Assembly: GCA_024137785.1 (NCBI GenBank)
Contig: JAHRHZ010000025.1
Location: forward strand, 22,986,219 to 23,050,218
DNA length: 64,000 bases
Reading direction: 5' to 3'
DNA from: Ginglymostoma cirratum
Taxonomy: Eukaryota
In this document: positions 10,828-23,681 of the stretch, in pieces
How positions within the stretch are numbered: position 1 is the first letter of the stretch
Layout of the letters: each line of letters opens with the position of its first letter
Made by a program: the position numbers and the translations under genes
Notes under the pieces: generated by a model
Databases searched by the model: none
Seen by the model: only the letters and a program-made list of their open reading frames with translations
What the model was told of the DNA's origin: nothing

Positions 10828-12919
10828 GTAGCCAGTTGGTGTTCATGTACTCTTGTTGTTAGTTTCCTTCCTGTTTGTCCGATGTAGTGTTTCTCGCAGC
10901 CTCTGCAGGGGATCTTGTAGATGACATTGGTCCTGTCCATGGCAGGGTGTGGGTCTGTAGTTCGGGTGAGCAGTTGTCGTAGGGTTGACGTGGGCTTGTG
11001 TGCCACTCTGATGCCCAGTTGTCGTAGGAATCTTGTGGTGAGTTCCAACATGTTCCTGATGTAGGGTAGTGCGATGAGTGTGTTGGGGCATGTAGAATCT
11101 TTCTGATGCTGTTCTTGTAGGCAGCTTCTGACCCAGTTCTTTGGATATCCATTATCCTTGAACACTTGGAAGAGGTATTCCTCCTCCTCTTGGCGTAGTT
11201 CTATGTTGCTGCAGTGTGTTGTTGCCCTTTTAAATAGTGTTCGCATGCAGCTTCGTTTGTGTGTGTTGGGATGGTTACTATTGAAGTTCAGTACCTGGTC
11301 TGTGTGTGTGGCTTTTCGGTGTACTTTCGTTTAAAGTTCCCCATTTGTCTTGCGCTCTACCATGACGTCCAGGAATGCGAGTTGTGTGTTCTTCTCCTCG
11401 TCTCTGGTGAATTTTATTCCCATAAGGGTGTTGTTTATAAGTTTGTGTGTCTCTTCTAATTTGGTCCGTTTGATGATGACAAAGGTGTTGTCTACGTAGC
11501 GTATCCATAGTTTAGGTTGGATTTGCGGAAGGGCGGTCCTTTCCAGTCTTTGCATCACTGCTTCTGCTATGAGTCCGGAGACAGGCGATCCCATGGGTGT
11601 CCCGTTGAGTTGCTCATGTGTTTGGCCATTGAAGGTGAAGTGGGTGGTCAGGCATAGGTCCAATAGTTTGAGCATGTTGTCCTTGGAGATGGTTTCACTG
11701 GGGTCGTGTTCTTGTTCAAGTCGTGTTGTCATTGTTTCCCTCGCTAGTGGTATGTCTATTGATGTGAATAGGGCGGTGACATCAAACAATATCATGGTCT
11801 CTTCACCCTCTATCTTTATGTCTTTGATGGAGTTCAGGAATTCTTGGGCTGAGTGGATGGAGTGGGGTGACTTGTTGACTAGGTGCCTGAGTCTTCTTTG
11901 CAGTTCCCTGGCTAATCTGTGCAATGGAGTGCCTGGTAGGAGACTATGGGTCTGAGGGGGACTTCCAGCTTGTGCACTTTAGGGAGGCCATAGAATCGGG
12001 GTGTGTTGGTTCCTTCGGATTTCATTTTTGAGAAGTCTGTTTTGTTGATCTGTCCTGTTTGTTTAAGTCTTTGTAGCATGTAGAGGATTTTGTTGCCTAG
12101 TTGTGGCGTTGGGTCAGTCTGTACTGGTCGGTATGTGTTCTTGTTGGCGAGCAGTGCTTGTGCTTTGGAAATGTAGTCCTTTTTATTCATTATCACTGTC
12201 AGGCTCCCTTTGTCTGTGGGTAGTATCGTGATGTTCTTGTCCTTCTTTAATCTGTCCAGGGCTTGTCTTTCCCATGTGTTGAGGGTGTTGAGTTCACTCC
12301 TTCTGGTTAGTGTCGGTATTGGTCAGCATGAACAATGAAATGCTCCCTGAATAGATATATACTAAACCTTTGTCCCGAAAACTAGGTCAGGAGTCTCTTT
12401 CCATGTTGGATTGGTTAGCCTGAGTTATCATGAGGAACTAAGAACCAAGAGCAACAGACTTGTCATTTCATAGTAGACCTACTTGAGGCTTTTCCGGAAT
12501 GCATTGACTTCCAACATAGTGAGCTTGCAGGGATAATAATATTGAAAAATCCAAAACTGGATGATAGAGTATTTTTGAGAGATTGAAAAATATGTTGGTG
12601 AGCTTTCTGTTATATGTATGGCATGTTTTTGTGGAGAAGATCTCAAAAACTAATTACTGTGGTCGCAAAATTTGGAATATGTGGGGATAAAAAATTAAAT
12701 AAAGTAAATTCTGTAATCTTATATATTGTTAGGATCAGGTCTAAAACTAGTTGACGAATTGATTGAACTGAAGAAATTGATTTGGCTCATGAAGATTTGA
12801 CATTTCTTTCTGTTGAAACCAAGATCCTTCTTTGAGGCTGGTGCAGCTATGAACCAATGGAAATTTGTGTCAGATTTCCAGCATCTGCAATATTATCTTT
12901 ATTTAAGTTTTGTGACTTG

Positions 12920-14811
12920 GGCATGTCCTTCCAAGGACTGCAGTGTTAGCTGTGATGCAGAGACAATGTGGTAGGTTTTCAATAATACAATCCAGATGTT
13001 GCTGGAATATATCTTGACTGATGGATAATCCAAAGTCCACATACCAGTTGACTGTGACCTTTAAGCTGTAATATTCCCGTGACCTCTTGGACTTTGTTGA
13101 TATGCTTTTGTGCCTTGGATAGAACTTTTGTTGCTTATTTCACGTTTTCTTTGGTTAGTCCTCTTCACATGCTGCTCTGGAGCACTGTGTGGCACTTTGG
13201 GTTTCTCTGGGTAATTGGATTTATTACTTTGCCCAGTGTCCTCTTGTACAGCATGTTATGAAATGCTGAACACCATCTTGATGGATGAGACAAATCAGGT
13301 CTCATACAAGACTTGAGTATCCCACTGAATCTTTTGATGGCTGTGAGAGCTATCCCAGAGTCAATAACTTATAGACGCTACTGGTCCGCTTCAAATATGA
13401 ATCCTTCTTCTAGTAGAACGTCAATGGCATATCCGTGGTATTTGTTGAGAAATGCTTTTCTGAAGGATTCAGTGGGTGTAGAGTCAAGGATCAGTTTCTT
13501 AAGCTTTTCAGGCCATATAGCTTTGGTGAAATGACACTCCGTAGCTTTGTATTGATATCTGCCTACATGTTGCAGATAAATGGTGAACATAAATGGTTTA
13601 CCTGTTTTTGGCATAATGAACAGAGTTAGATCCATTTTTAAAATGAGGAAAGCCAACTCTACTCGGGATATCACCAAGGCCACCAGCTGCAGTAAAGCTT
13701 CCCTACTTGTTGTATTATGGCATAGATTTCAGACCATACAGGCACGTACCTTTAAGACAGTCACATGTTCTTTACTTGTTGTTGTAGCTCCAAATGTAGC
13801 AATTGGCTTCTACATTTCTTACAGTATCGTTGAAAGTTTCATGTGTGCAGGTTTTTGTTCGTAGGTGGCATTTACACCAAAAGGAAGAATGATCCTGTAT
13901 GCATATTTATTTTTAATTTCCACTCCCTTTGGAAAAAGCAAATGGCAGAATTGAGTGATGCCTGGAAAAAAGATGAGGCCTCTTTAGTATTGAATGCATT
14001 TTCTTTAATGTTTTAAAACTATATTTTCTTCTAGGAGCTCTTTCAGGTGTCCTTGCAAGACATTATGCACTTCTGTGTCAACACAGTGTGGAACTGGAGG
14101 AACACAGCAAGTCAGGCAGCATCAGAGGAACAGCAAAGTCGGGTCAGGACCCTTCATCAGAACGATATACACTTCTGGTTTCATTTTAATAGGATTAGCA
14201 CCAGTCTCCCATGTTTGTATTTTTATAAATTATATATGTACATTTTATATATATGTTTATATATAAATTTTTATAAAGAGAGAATACTCACTGATTCAGT
14301 ACAGGCTTGTAGCATTTAATTTTGGTTATCGAACTTTAGTCTTGGTTGTAGTTGTAACTTTATCTCTAACCTCAGACAGACTGATGGATGACTGGAAAAT
14401 GACTTTTCTCAACTGTCATTGCTAGAGTCAGATTTTCAGCCATGACGTCCCACTCTGTCCCAGGAGCTGTGACAGTCAGCATTTGGACTCTACTTAACGG
14501 CCACCATGCTGATATTTATGGTTTATTGTAAGTTAGCCTGTGTACTGCATATCACAAAATGTCAGGTTTTTATGAGACAGATGTGTTGACAGTTCTTTAT
14601 AAAATGACTTCAATAGTACAGGCTTACATACAGTCTGGGTTCACGATGTTATACACATACAGTTATCTGTCTATTGTAACTTCACTATGCAGAAAATGTA
14701 ATTAAAGGTGAGTTGTGTGCCCCTATGCCGGGACATCACATGTTGCGATGTCATGTGACTGTCTTAAAGGTACGTGCCTGTATGGTCTGAAATCTATGCC
14801 ATAATACAACA
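12920..14811 (-). mobile_element. Decayed Ty3/Gypsy LTR retrotransposon (5' LTR, PBS, gag, protease and RT remnants)
   Basis: Minus strand: LTR 14811-14507 (TGTTGT...AATAAA...CA), followed immediately by PBS-like TGGTGGC (14506-14500). Gag-like YRIILPFGVNATYEQK near 13860-13905; protease-region FLNKYHGYAIDVL; HINKVQEVT; RT motif FGLSISQDIFQQHLDCIIENLPHCLCITANTAVLGRT (about 13035-12925; cf. PFGLSVSQDIFQ...ADDI). Confidence 0.8.
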
Positions 14812-14900
14812 AGTAGGGAAGCTTTACTGCAGCTGGTGGCCTTGGTGATATCTCGAGTAGAGTTGGCTTTCCTTATTTTAAAAATGGATCTAACTCTGTT
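13619..14900. repeat. 149-bp inverted repeat pair (13619-13767 and 14752-14900)
   Basis: Manual comparison gives 147/149 identity in reverse complement, with a spacer of about 985 bp. Confidence 0.95.
14083..14163 (-). mobile_element. PLE terminal-repeat short element with degenerate hammerhead
   Basis: Minus strand GTT-CTGATGA-A-GGGTC-CT-GACCC-GAC...; the GAAAC-GTC segment is deleted. Family tail TGATGCTGCCTGACTTGCTGTGTTCCTCCAG is present. Confidence 0.75.
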
Positions 14901-15180
14901 AGAAACAGTTCAGAGCAGGTTCACTGGAATTCTTGGGATAAAGGATTTGCCTTCTGAGGACAGGTTGACCAGGTGGGCCTTTACTTGTTGAAATTGAGAT
15001 GAATGAAAGGTAGTCTAATTGAAGTATATAAGCCACTCAGAGGATTTGACTGGATGGATTCTGAGAGGTTGTTTCCCCTGGTAGAAGAGACTAGAATGGG
15101 GAGACACTGTTTATAATGAAGAGATCTCTTTTTTCAGGTGATAAGAAATCTTTCTCTCAGAGTAGTGGCTACCACTGGTG
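14812..15180 (+). mobile_element. CR1-type LINE ORF2 C-terminal fragment; target of the Gypsy insertion
   Basis: Degenerate SREALLQL...ALV...LETVQSRFTGI...EDRLTR...MKGSLIEVYK...LFPLVEETR, typical of the CR1 ORF2 end. Confidence 0.75.
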
Positions 15181-15249
15181 TACTGTGAGAACTGTCCAAA
15201 TGTGCCCTGAAAGTTTACACATAATTTTCCAGTTACAGCTGAAGTATGA

Positions 15250-16210
15250 CCTTATGCAATGCTATCTTCCTGCAACTGCCAACAGTAATGATTCTTGCTT
15301 CCAGAACATGATACTACACAGTTGTGTACGTTGACAAGTATGTGCTACCTATCTGCCTATTCTGTAGCCTATCAATGCACTTCTCAACTCTCTCATTTTC
15401 TTCATCAAGATTTACATTCCTCCCAATTTGGTGTCAAGGATAAGTACTAGTTTTGTTCTCCAAATTACTTTTGTGCATGGTAAGCAGTGTCAGAGATAAA
15501 AATACACTGCCCTCACCAACTTTGGGTGTAAAAGGAAATAGCTGGATAATTTCGTTAACTCCTGTGGCACAAAGCATGCCTATTTATTCTGGTCTGAGAA
15601 GGTATGTTTTATTCTTCTGCTTTGTTTCCTGTCTTCAATTAGCTCTTTATCCATGTCATCATGTGCTTATTAATTCCATGCATTGTTATGTTTTTGAAAT
15701 CCATATAAACTCCATCCACCATAATTCTTTTATCCTGTTTAATGCTCCTTCAAATATCCATATGGTTGGATAACCGTAGAAATCCAGGCTAACTGAGCCT
15801 GACTAAACCATATTTCTCCAATTGTTTAGTAATATTCTTATGGTACAAGCTATTGTAGTTTTCAAACCATGGAACTAAGGCCAGCTCCTCTATAATTTCC
15901 CCAGCTACTCCTTGACTGCTTTTGTATGAAAAGGTATCACATTTGTCTGTTTCCTGTACTGTGAAACGATTTTTGTTTTCACATAATTTTCAAAGATTAT
16001 ACTCACTCCATTTCTTGCTTGGATTTCCTAAGAGTCCTCAAATGTAAATCATCAGGTGTTGATGACTGATTCACTTAAAGTTTGGGAAACCTTCTCCAGT
16101 AGCATTGTTTCATTGAATTTTAAGCTTTACATCTCCGTTATCCATCTCATTTGTGAAAACCAATGCAAGGTTCTTATTTAAAATCACTCTCATTCCCTCA
16201 ATCTGCACTT
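15250..16210 (-). mobile_element. Highly degraded CR1-type LINE RT region
   Basis: Patchy CR1 RT-like sequence on the minus strand, e.g. LNKNLALVFTNE, YGYPTIW/FEGALNR, MELIWISK. Confidence 0.5.
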
Positions 16211-16262
16211 GCTTTTTGTCTGTTACTATATTAGGAATAAATGTAGGTATGGCCTTTCTATT

Positions 16263-16393
16263 GTTTTTCTGAAGAAGGATTCTGACACAAAACATCAACT
16301 TTCCTGCTCCTCTGATGCTGCCTGGCCTGCTATGTACCTTCAGCTCCACACCATGTTATCTCTGACTCTAGCATCTTCAGTTCTTGCTATCTC
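16263..16393 (+). mobile_element. PLE terminal-repeat short element with degenerate hammerhead
   Basis: TTTTT-CTGAAGA-AGGATTCTGACACAAAACATC-AACTTTCCTGCTCCTCTGATGCTGCCTGGCCTGCT...GTTATCTC...AGCATC. Confidence 0.8.
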
Positions 16394-18849
16394 ATGGTAT
16401 TGCCTTGTGGTGTTTTATTTTAATTTATCCTCATTCTTTACCGAAATTAACCTGTTTGTAGATCCCGATGTTCTGACAGGTGAGGAAATCTCACATTACC
16501 TCTCTTATCACTGAGTGATGCTGTAACATATGGAAAAATGTGCATATTGCGATTGAAAGAGAATCAACAATATGTGATTACAGCTCCAAAATGTGATTGG
16601 TTTGTATTCACAAAAGCAAAATAAAGTATATTTATAACTTGATGTATTAATGAGCACTTTTACAAAGTGCCGGACTGAAGACTCAGCGTACATCAGTCTG
16701 AATATTTCTTATCCACAAGGCTTTTGCAAGGTTTTGTTGATATCAGAAATGATTGCACCCTCTCCATTGTTACATTTTGTGCATTCTGCCACAATTAATT
16801 TGGTAGGGAACTGCTGGTTGACCAGAGAATGCCCCAGTCTCTAAGATGCACTTATTTATTTTCCGTCAGATTGACTTCTTTGTAAATTAAGTTTATTCAA
16901 GGAACCAAATATCTCTTGGGCAAATATTTGAATCAGCATCAGAGTCCCTTCAGCTCATTACTTGAATTATTTTGCCTTGCATTGAACAGTTGCAGATGAA
17001 AGGTCCTGTCTCTTGATCTGTGTCAAGAAATCTGCTCTCTCTCCCTATCAATTATTTCTCTGCCAGGAGCCTTGCTTGCTGTCGAACTGTGGCTGTGTAT
17101 CATGTTTTCTAACTCCTCCTGACCCCAACTTACTTTCCCAGTGCTGGGAGAGAAGTTTGAAATTGTTTTGGTGAAGTCATTTCAATTACATTCTGCATTG
17201 GGAGCAGTATATGTCTCTCTCAGACAATTGGTTATTGTTTGTCAGACAGAAACTCTCATTTCGTGAGAGTGCACAGCCACAGTGACACTGCATCTGAAAC
17301 CAAATCTTGTTAATGTCTCTGTGGTATTAGGTGGTAGGGAGGTGGTAATGTTGCCTGACGGGAGTGTTTCTGAGGTGATTAACCTTACTCTTCGAGTCCC
17401 AGGTAAGTGCCTTTGGGCATTGCTTTTCCACCTGAGATTTTGGCACGCTGCCTGTGCAGCTATGAGATCTCAGCATCACCTGCTCTCAAAGCAACAGCAA
17501 AGCGTACTCAGATTTTTAGTAATCAACTCCATCCTAATGGAAGGACAGGGAATGCTAAAAGAAAGATAATTTTTAAAAGAAGAAAGTCCTGTCACATCAT
17601 TGAGTATTTTCCACTTCTCCTTTTGACTCGGTTGTGATATTATGAGGCATCAAAGAGGCAAATTTGTTTTTTATTTTATCCATTTGTCGCTGTGTTTAAG
17701 TAGCTTTGGCCCAGTGAGTGTTTAAATAGGGTATCAATGTTATATAACACTGAACAAGCTGCTAACATTTTCACAAATGAAAAATAACACAAATTACATT
17801 CATCAGATTTCATATGAAGTATTTTATGACTTTAATAGAAAATAATGAAAATTGATGCTAAATGCTCAATTTATGTAAAATAAAATTATATTCTGAAGCA
17901 GATATCCAGATTTATATTAAGCTTTATGTTCAACACTATTATAGTTATGTATTGTACAGAAAATGCTTTGGGTTCATTGAGGTTTGGAAAAGTGATATTA
18001 CAGTGGAACTTAATATCTACTAGATAAATCTTTCCCAATTCTCACACCTCTTGACCTTAAGATTGTTGTGCTCCCAGCACAGCTTTCCATCTATTAAATT
18101 TGGCAAGTATATGTGTAACATTGGAAGTGTGCAATTTCTTGATACTGTATTTTCTTCTATTGTGCATTGAGAGTCAGTGCCTAAGCAATTTTATCCCAAC
18201 TTACATCTTCCATCCCATTGGATTTGAACAGGAACTATGCAGCAAACATATACTGACAATGCAATATTACGATTGATCCAGTAGCAAGAATGCAATATGG
18301 TGGCCTCTTTTGGATGTTTGACAGCAAAATATGCACGTATCCTGTTCCAGACAGTTTATTGATGGTATCAGTATGTATCAGTTCCTGACGATTTAATGGT
18401 GATACCAAGTATGTGGGCACTCAGTTCCTAACAGCACTGTGGGCATATCTATACCATGCGGACTGCAGCAGTTCAAGAAAGCCGCACAAATAGAATTAGG
18501 AATGACCTGCAAATGATGGCCTTGTTAACAACCCTCCATCCCATTAAAGAATTGGAAGGTTCCAGGCAGATTAATGTGACAACATATGAGAAATTTTTCT
18601 TCCCTCATATGGTATGATCAATGGCAAGAAAAATATCAAAATAAGGAGATAATGAATAAGTCAGAATTTCAACATTGAGAAAAGGTTTTGTGATTTTCTC
18701 CTCAAGTAGCAACTACCTTATTTCTTTGAATTTACATCCTCCTATTAGCCCAGCTCACCTTATTTTTATCCCTATCTCCCTCCCTGAGCAATTAGACAGT
18801 TCAGATTCCTGATGTGTAAATCGGAGTAGGTAGCTGGTGGCTGCAGCTC

Positions 18850-20400
18850 CCTGAATACTTGTCCCAGCTATCATCCAACTGCTTCATCAGAACAGTGACC
18901 TTGCAAGATCTATGGCTACCATCTCACTCGACCCTCCATTCACACAAGTTGGCATCAGTAAATTACTGGCCTCACTACAACATTGTGCTTGCTCTCAGAC
19001 CAACTCAGACACCACTTCAGACCTTTCATTCTTTACTTTGGAGTTCAGGGACACCTCAGACTTGCATGCTTTTACCTGGTCACTTTGGATGGTGGGCCAT
19101 GCACATTTCTCATGCATCTACACAAGATGCTTTATTGTCCACATGGATGCGTGCATCATATGGTTCTCAGCTTGCTTCCTTAGCGTTCGCTCACTTTACC
19201 ACTTACTGAGAGACCACCAAACTCTGTATACGTCACATTTTTTTTCTTGGAGCACAAGGTCTTTAGTGCTTGATAACAGTCTGTGGCTTGCATTGCATTC
19301 TTGTGTAGAGGGAGAGGCCAGCAGATTGTGAAGGATGGGAAACACTGAACAGTCAAGGGGGTGGACATGTTTCCGTGGGGCTCCGTGCAACATCAATGTC
19401 ACACCTTCAGCATGTGCCAGAAACATATGAAGGAAACACACTGCATAAGCTTTAAGTAAATGGTCACATGCGAAAGTCAAAGGGGAGCTGTCCTTTAAGA
19501 GTTGAGGGAGAACTCAGACTGTCAGACGATACTGCCACAGTCAGTCAAGGGGTTCGTTCCACCCAGGGTTTTGGCCCTGGTCAGTCAGGTGCTTGTACTT
19601 CCAGAGTCTGAAGATCTGTGTTCTTGCAATCTAGGGAGAGGGCCTCAGTTACTCTTCCAGGTTAAGTGTAGCCAGTCTGGGGATTGGACATAGGTAAGTT
19701 GGGGTTCTGTGGAGATATCAGCCTGGTGGTTTGGGCCAGTTTTTTCCAGCACTGAAGCAGACAGAGGTTTGAGTAAGATGGGAGCGGATGAAAGATCAGT
19801 TAGTCGTGATGCATGATGTGTCCCCAGTGAGTGAATTGGAAGCCTAGATGGCAGGAGGAGTCAGTAGTTTGGGACAATGAGGTGAAAACTGCTGGGTGGA
19901 CATGAAATAAACAATACTGAGTTACAGTCCATGACCGTTGGGGAAATATGTGTATAGTGGCAAAATTAGAGTGAGCACTTGTCCTGAGAATGTGAAATTG
20001 CAGAAAGAGGGTGGTGGCACTTAGCCTTGCAAATTGCAGAAGTTCATTGATCTTCTTCCCATACTGTTGGATGTCCTGCTTCACTTGGGACATAGCACTG
20101 ACCTGGGCTGCAATTTGTGCCCAAATTGGCTGGTCTGGTGTCATGGCTTCTTGTGGCAGTTCACTGCTGTCCTGTTTACTTCTCCGTACACCAAGTTCAA
20201 ATAAGCAGGGAGCGATCTTTCTTTTCATCTGAGCCATGTTCTCGGTGATGACTTTGCAAAGCCACAGTGTGAGGAATAGTTCCTGACTTACAGCACCTGA
20301 CGTGATGCACTGTTGGGTTTTTAAATGTGCTGTGAAAGGCAGAAGGTCCCAGCAGTGGGGAACACTTCAGTCTCTCAGTCTGTAAGATTCCTCCAGTAGG
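18850..20400 (-). mobile_element. Ancient PIF/Harbinger-type transposon relic with a Myb/SANT-like ORF
   Basis: ORF 19800-20237 contains IWAQIAAQVSAMSQVKQDIQQYGKKINELLQFAR, matching the Myb/SANT-like pattern AW..IA..VSA.S...R...QC.KKFNDL. 18900-19450 is homologous in opposite orientation to 32150-32710. Confidence 0.65.
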
Positions 20401-22387
20401 ATGTCCAACCATCCATTGCCCATTTAATGAGATGAAAAGCGATATGTTTGGTGTGAAAAGTACCATGAATCTCTCTCAATAAAACACTTTAACTGAAAAT
20501 GGGAAAATTACACCCTATCTGTGTACCAAGTTCCTGCAGATTAGTGCAATAGCTATATGTATGTATGTAGCTTCTGGCTTAGTGGTAAGTATCAAGCCCA
20601 TATCAATCGAAAAGGAAGCTGCACATTTACCAGTTTCCAAGCCAAACTTGAAAACCATATTTTCTGAACAGTCAGTGCACTGCAATTTGTAATTATTGTC
20701 TAGTTTTATTTGAGGTCTGATACACATGATGGAAATCTGATGGACTGACATTCTATCTTATGATCTCCTTCCCTAGCATGTTGTATGGCATTAAAATGCT
20801 TTTGTTCATGGTTTTATGCTTAGATTCAGTAACCAGTGACTCAGTGCTTGAGTCAGTGTCTGCTCTTCATAACATTGCATATGAGGTTCCCTGAATGTTG
20901 CAACACTGTTCAAAGCACAGAATATGGGAACTTTCAATTTTCAGAGATTGGATGCAACTTTTAATATTGACATCTTTTCAAGTGATAAGTAATGATAAGT
21001 TTACAAGAACAGACCAAGTTTGAAAAATCTTGCAAAATGATGCCTTCCGCCCTCCAGCTATTGGGTCATATAAAAATGTTTTGGAAAATGAACTCCACTC
21101 TTCAATAAACTTTAATCTTCTTCACTCCTGCTTGTGCCAGGGGCACAGGATTAAATGTTAGGAAGTAATAAATGAACTGAAGGACAAAGACAGTAATGCT
21201 AGTTAATAGAAATATTGTTAACACGAGTAATCTTTCTTGCAAGTTTAGCTCTTGGTTTAATTGATTTTGAATTTGTTTAAATGAAAGCTGGTGTGTTTAG
21301 TTTGCTGGGTGATTAATTTTCCACCAATGTGTCCCAATTCAACATCTGAAAAGAAGTTTAATGTGTCATAAATTGTCTACTCCTTAATTACAGTGCAAGT
21401 GGCCCACGCAGGTCCAAAGCAATTCAAGGGTATGCCATTTTTCGGTGAATCAGTTCTGTACCTGTCAAAACTGAACTGTGAAGCCTGTGTTTGAAATCAG
21501 ACCCCAGTGATGTCTCAGGGGCAGCTCAGATTTCCTAACAAGGTGTTTTCAAAGGGAGCAGCCTTGGAGATAGCATTCAAGGTATATGTCCCTAAGGGCA
21601 TTGCTCTCTCTCACCTGTGCTAGTCTCATACCAATTGCACAGCACTGTCATGTCAGCGTCACCTGTGATCTGGTCCCCAGAGGCATAAGTTCACTCTTGA
21701 GAACTGTATTTTCCTCTGTGCAATTACGCAAATGAAAAATTATTTGTGCATGGGTGAGGGTGGAATGCCAGTAAAAAGAATTATTCATTCATATTTAATG
21801 TTGTAAGATGAACACTCCTACCCAATAATTGATTCAAGAAAATTACCCAACAGTTAAAAAAAGTAGGTTTTACACGTTTAGGCCTTGTTGAAGGATAATT
21901 GTGACAAACTCATGGGGAGTGAAATAAAAGAAAAAGTGAATACTGAGCTTCAGGTCAGCCTTAGCCTAGGTGGGATTAATTGTGAGGAAGGTTTTGAAAT
22001 GCAATTACTCCTTTAGGTATACTGAAAGAATAAATGAGGGACAATATAATAAATGGGAAGAAAAAGGTCACTTCAAGGACTGACACTTGAATTGGCTTCA
22101 GTCTGTTCTAAGTGCTGTACTCTCCAAAGCTATCACTGTGGAGAGTGGAGCATTCATTGACTTACACTTCATTTTGTTATTATTTATAGAAATTTCCTCT
22201 TATTTTCCCTCTCAATATTTCATAATTTGGTTCTGGCCATCCCGATGTCAAAGAACCCAAAGTCCTTTCCATGTCTTCATGTCATAACCATTCCCATGTT
22301 ATTGTCTTGAATGTCTCCATCAGAGAAATCTTTTAGGAGTGCTTTTGTTTATTTTCACCTCAGTTTTACAGTAAAAACATTCGGTTC

Positions 22388-23230
22388 TGTTACGATCAGG
22401 TTAGGGGAGGCCAAATCACTTCCCTTATTTGTTTGACCACAACAAGTTTGTTTTGTTTGAAAAGGATGTAATGGTGGCCAGTTCCTTGAATACTTAATTG
22501 TTTATGCATGAAATAACCAATAGGACAGCTTTTATTTCTCAAGTTTACCAAAAGGTTCACTTTATTATGCTTAAACTTATCTAAATAAAATAATGAAATG
22601 CATCTTCAGCATTCATCCAAAAACAAATATAGATTACAGAGTGGGGAAGGAGTGGTGGGTCAAACTGGAATAAAAGGAATTAAAATAGAAAGTAAAATAA
22701 ATACTACGGTAAAAATAGCACAGAATCTATCGTTAGGGGATGTGGCTGGCTTCAGACTGACTTTAGCTGTTTTGGTGCTTCTGATTTAAGGTTGTAGATG
22801 ACCAAGTTGGTTGCTCTTCTAGAAGCGGTAGTGCTGGGTTGAATTCTTTCTCTGCTGCAGAGCACCCTTGGATGATCACGACCGGCAAACAGTGTTTGCA
22901 GCTGACCAGGTGGGTTGGAGATGGAGGTGGGGAATGAGGGACCTCACTTGTCTTCTGTCCAACCCGGTTGCCCTCAATCATGCTGAGAAAGCAGGTCCTT
23001 AAAAAGCACAAATGTAGGCTTATCATGTGATCTTCCCTAGTTAACGACCAGGAGGACCTGAATAAGGATGTTTTGGTGGACCAGTGGCAACAGTTGGGTA
23101 CCTTATAATTGTCACCGATGCCTTGCTCGTGAGATAGGAGATGTGAGCCCTTCACACACTCCTAAAGTCATTGTCTTTGATAGGTTTTATAGACAATTCA
23201 TCTCCATTGCAATGAATTGGAACATAGAAT
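22388..23230 (-). mobile_element. Putative solo LTR
   Basis: Begins TGTTACGATC, has TTTATT (minus-strand polyA signal) clusters at about 22530-22566, and a possible CA end near 23224. Right boundary uncertain. Confidence 0.35.
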
Positions 23231-23587
23231 ATTTAATAATGCAAATTGGGGTAACCATTTTTGGCAAGAATCTCAAATACTAACCTTTTTAGCTAAGGCT
23301 GAGTTGCAATAACTTTTATGAAAGGAATCTTGCTGCAAGATGTAGTGAGTTTTAATATCATATCTTAGCAAACTTGCATCACTAGCTACCCTCCCCATCC
23401 CCACGGTGTCTTCCACATCTGATTTCTGCTCCAACTTGCCAAGTAACACTTGTGAAAGAATGTGTCACTCAGCAGTTATCTGCCCTTACAGCAGCATCTC
23501 TGGTGTCTGCACCATCTTTGGAAGCTCTGGCATCTGGAAGCTGCCCGACTCATTTTTGGAGATTATGTAAAGAAATGGCTGAGAGGG

Positions 23588-23670
23588 TTAACAAGCATGG
23601 GGCTGGATGAACACAGCAGGTCAAGCAGCATCATAGGAGCAGGAAAACCTGACACCTGGGGCCTAGACCA
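23588..23670 (-). mobile_element. PLE terminal-repeat short element (partial)
   Basis: Near-identical in reverse complement to 9041-9121 (GGTCTAGGCCCC...GGTTTTCCTGCTCCTATGATGCTGCTTGACCTGCTGTGTTCATCCAGCCCCATGCTTGTTA). The hammerhead core is lost. Confidence 0.85.
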
Positions 23671-23681
23671 AGTTGGTACCA

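Larger units (their letters stand above)
10147..12320 (-). mobile_element. Penelope-like retroelement (Poseidon-type), 5'-truncated, RT + GIY-YIG endonuclease, pseudogenised
   Basis: PLE RT motifs PRFYGLPKVHK, LRPIVS, FDVTALFTSI, GTPMGSPVS and WIRYVDN, then GIY-YIG NVIYKIPCRGCEKHYIGQTGRKLTTRVHEH...FLEAWH with no Cys-rich linker. Lesions: frameshift near 11935, in-frame TAA at 11331-11333, and YVDD changed to YVDN. Confidence 0.95.

Noticed and set aside
13378-13683. 101-aa ORF as an endogenous viral gene or host exon
   Set aside because: It is a chimera of the inverted CR1 copy and the Gypsy protease region; the adjacent frame has a clear Gypsy RT motif.
14222-14275. AT-rich (TA)n-like tract (also 44326-44350 and poly-G near 45887-45898)
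   Set aside because: Ordinary low-complexity or microsatellite sequence.
13619-14900. Inverted repeats as terminal inverted repeats of a DNA transposon
   Set aside because: The right copy continues seamlessly into CR1 on one side and the LTR on the other. No TSD or transposase is evident.
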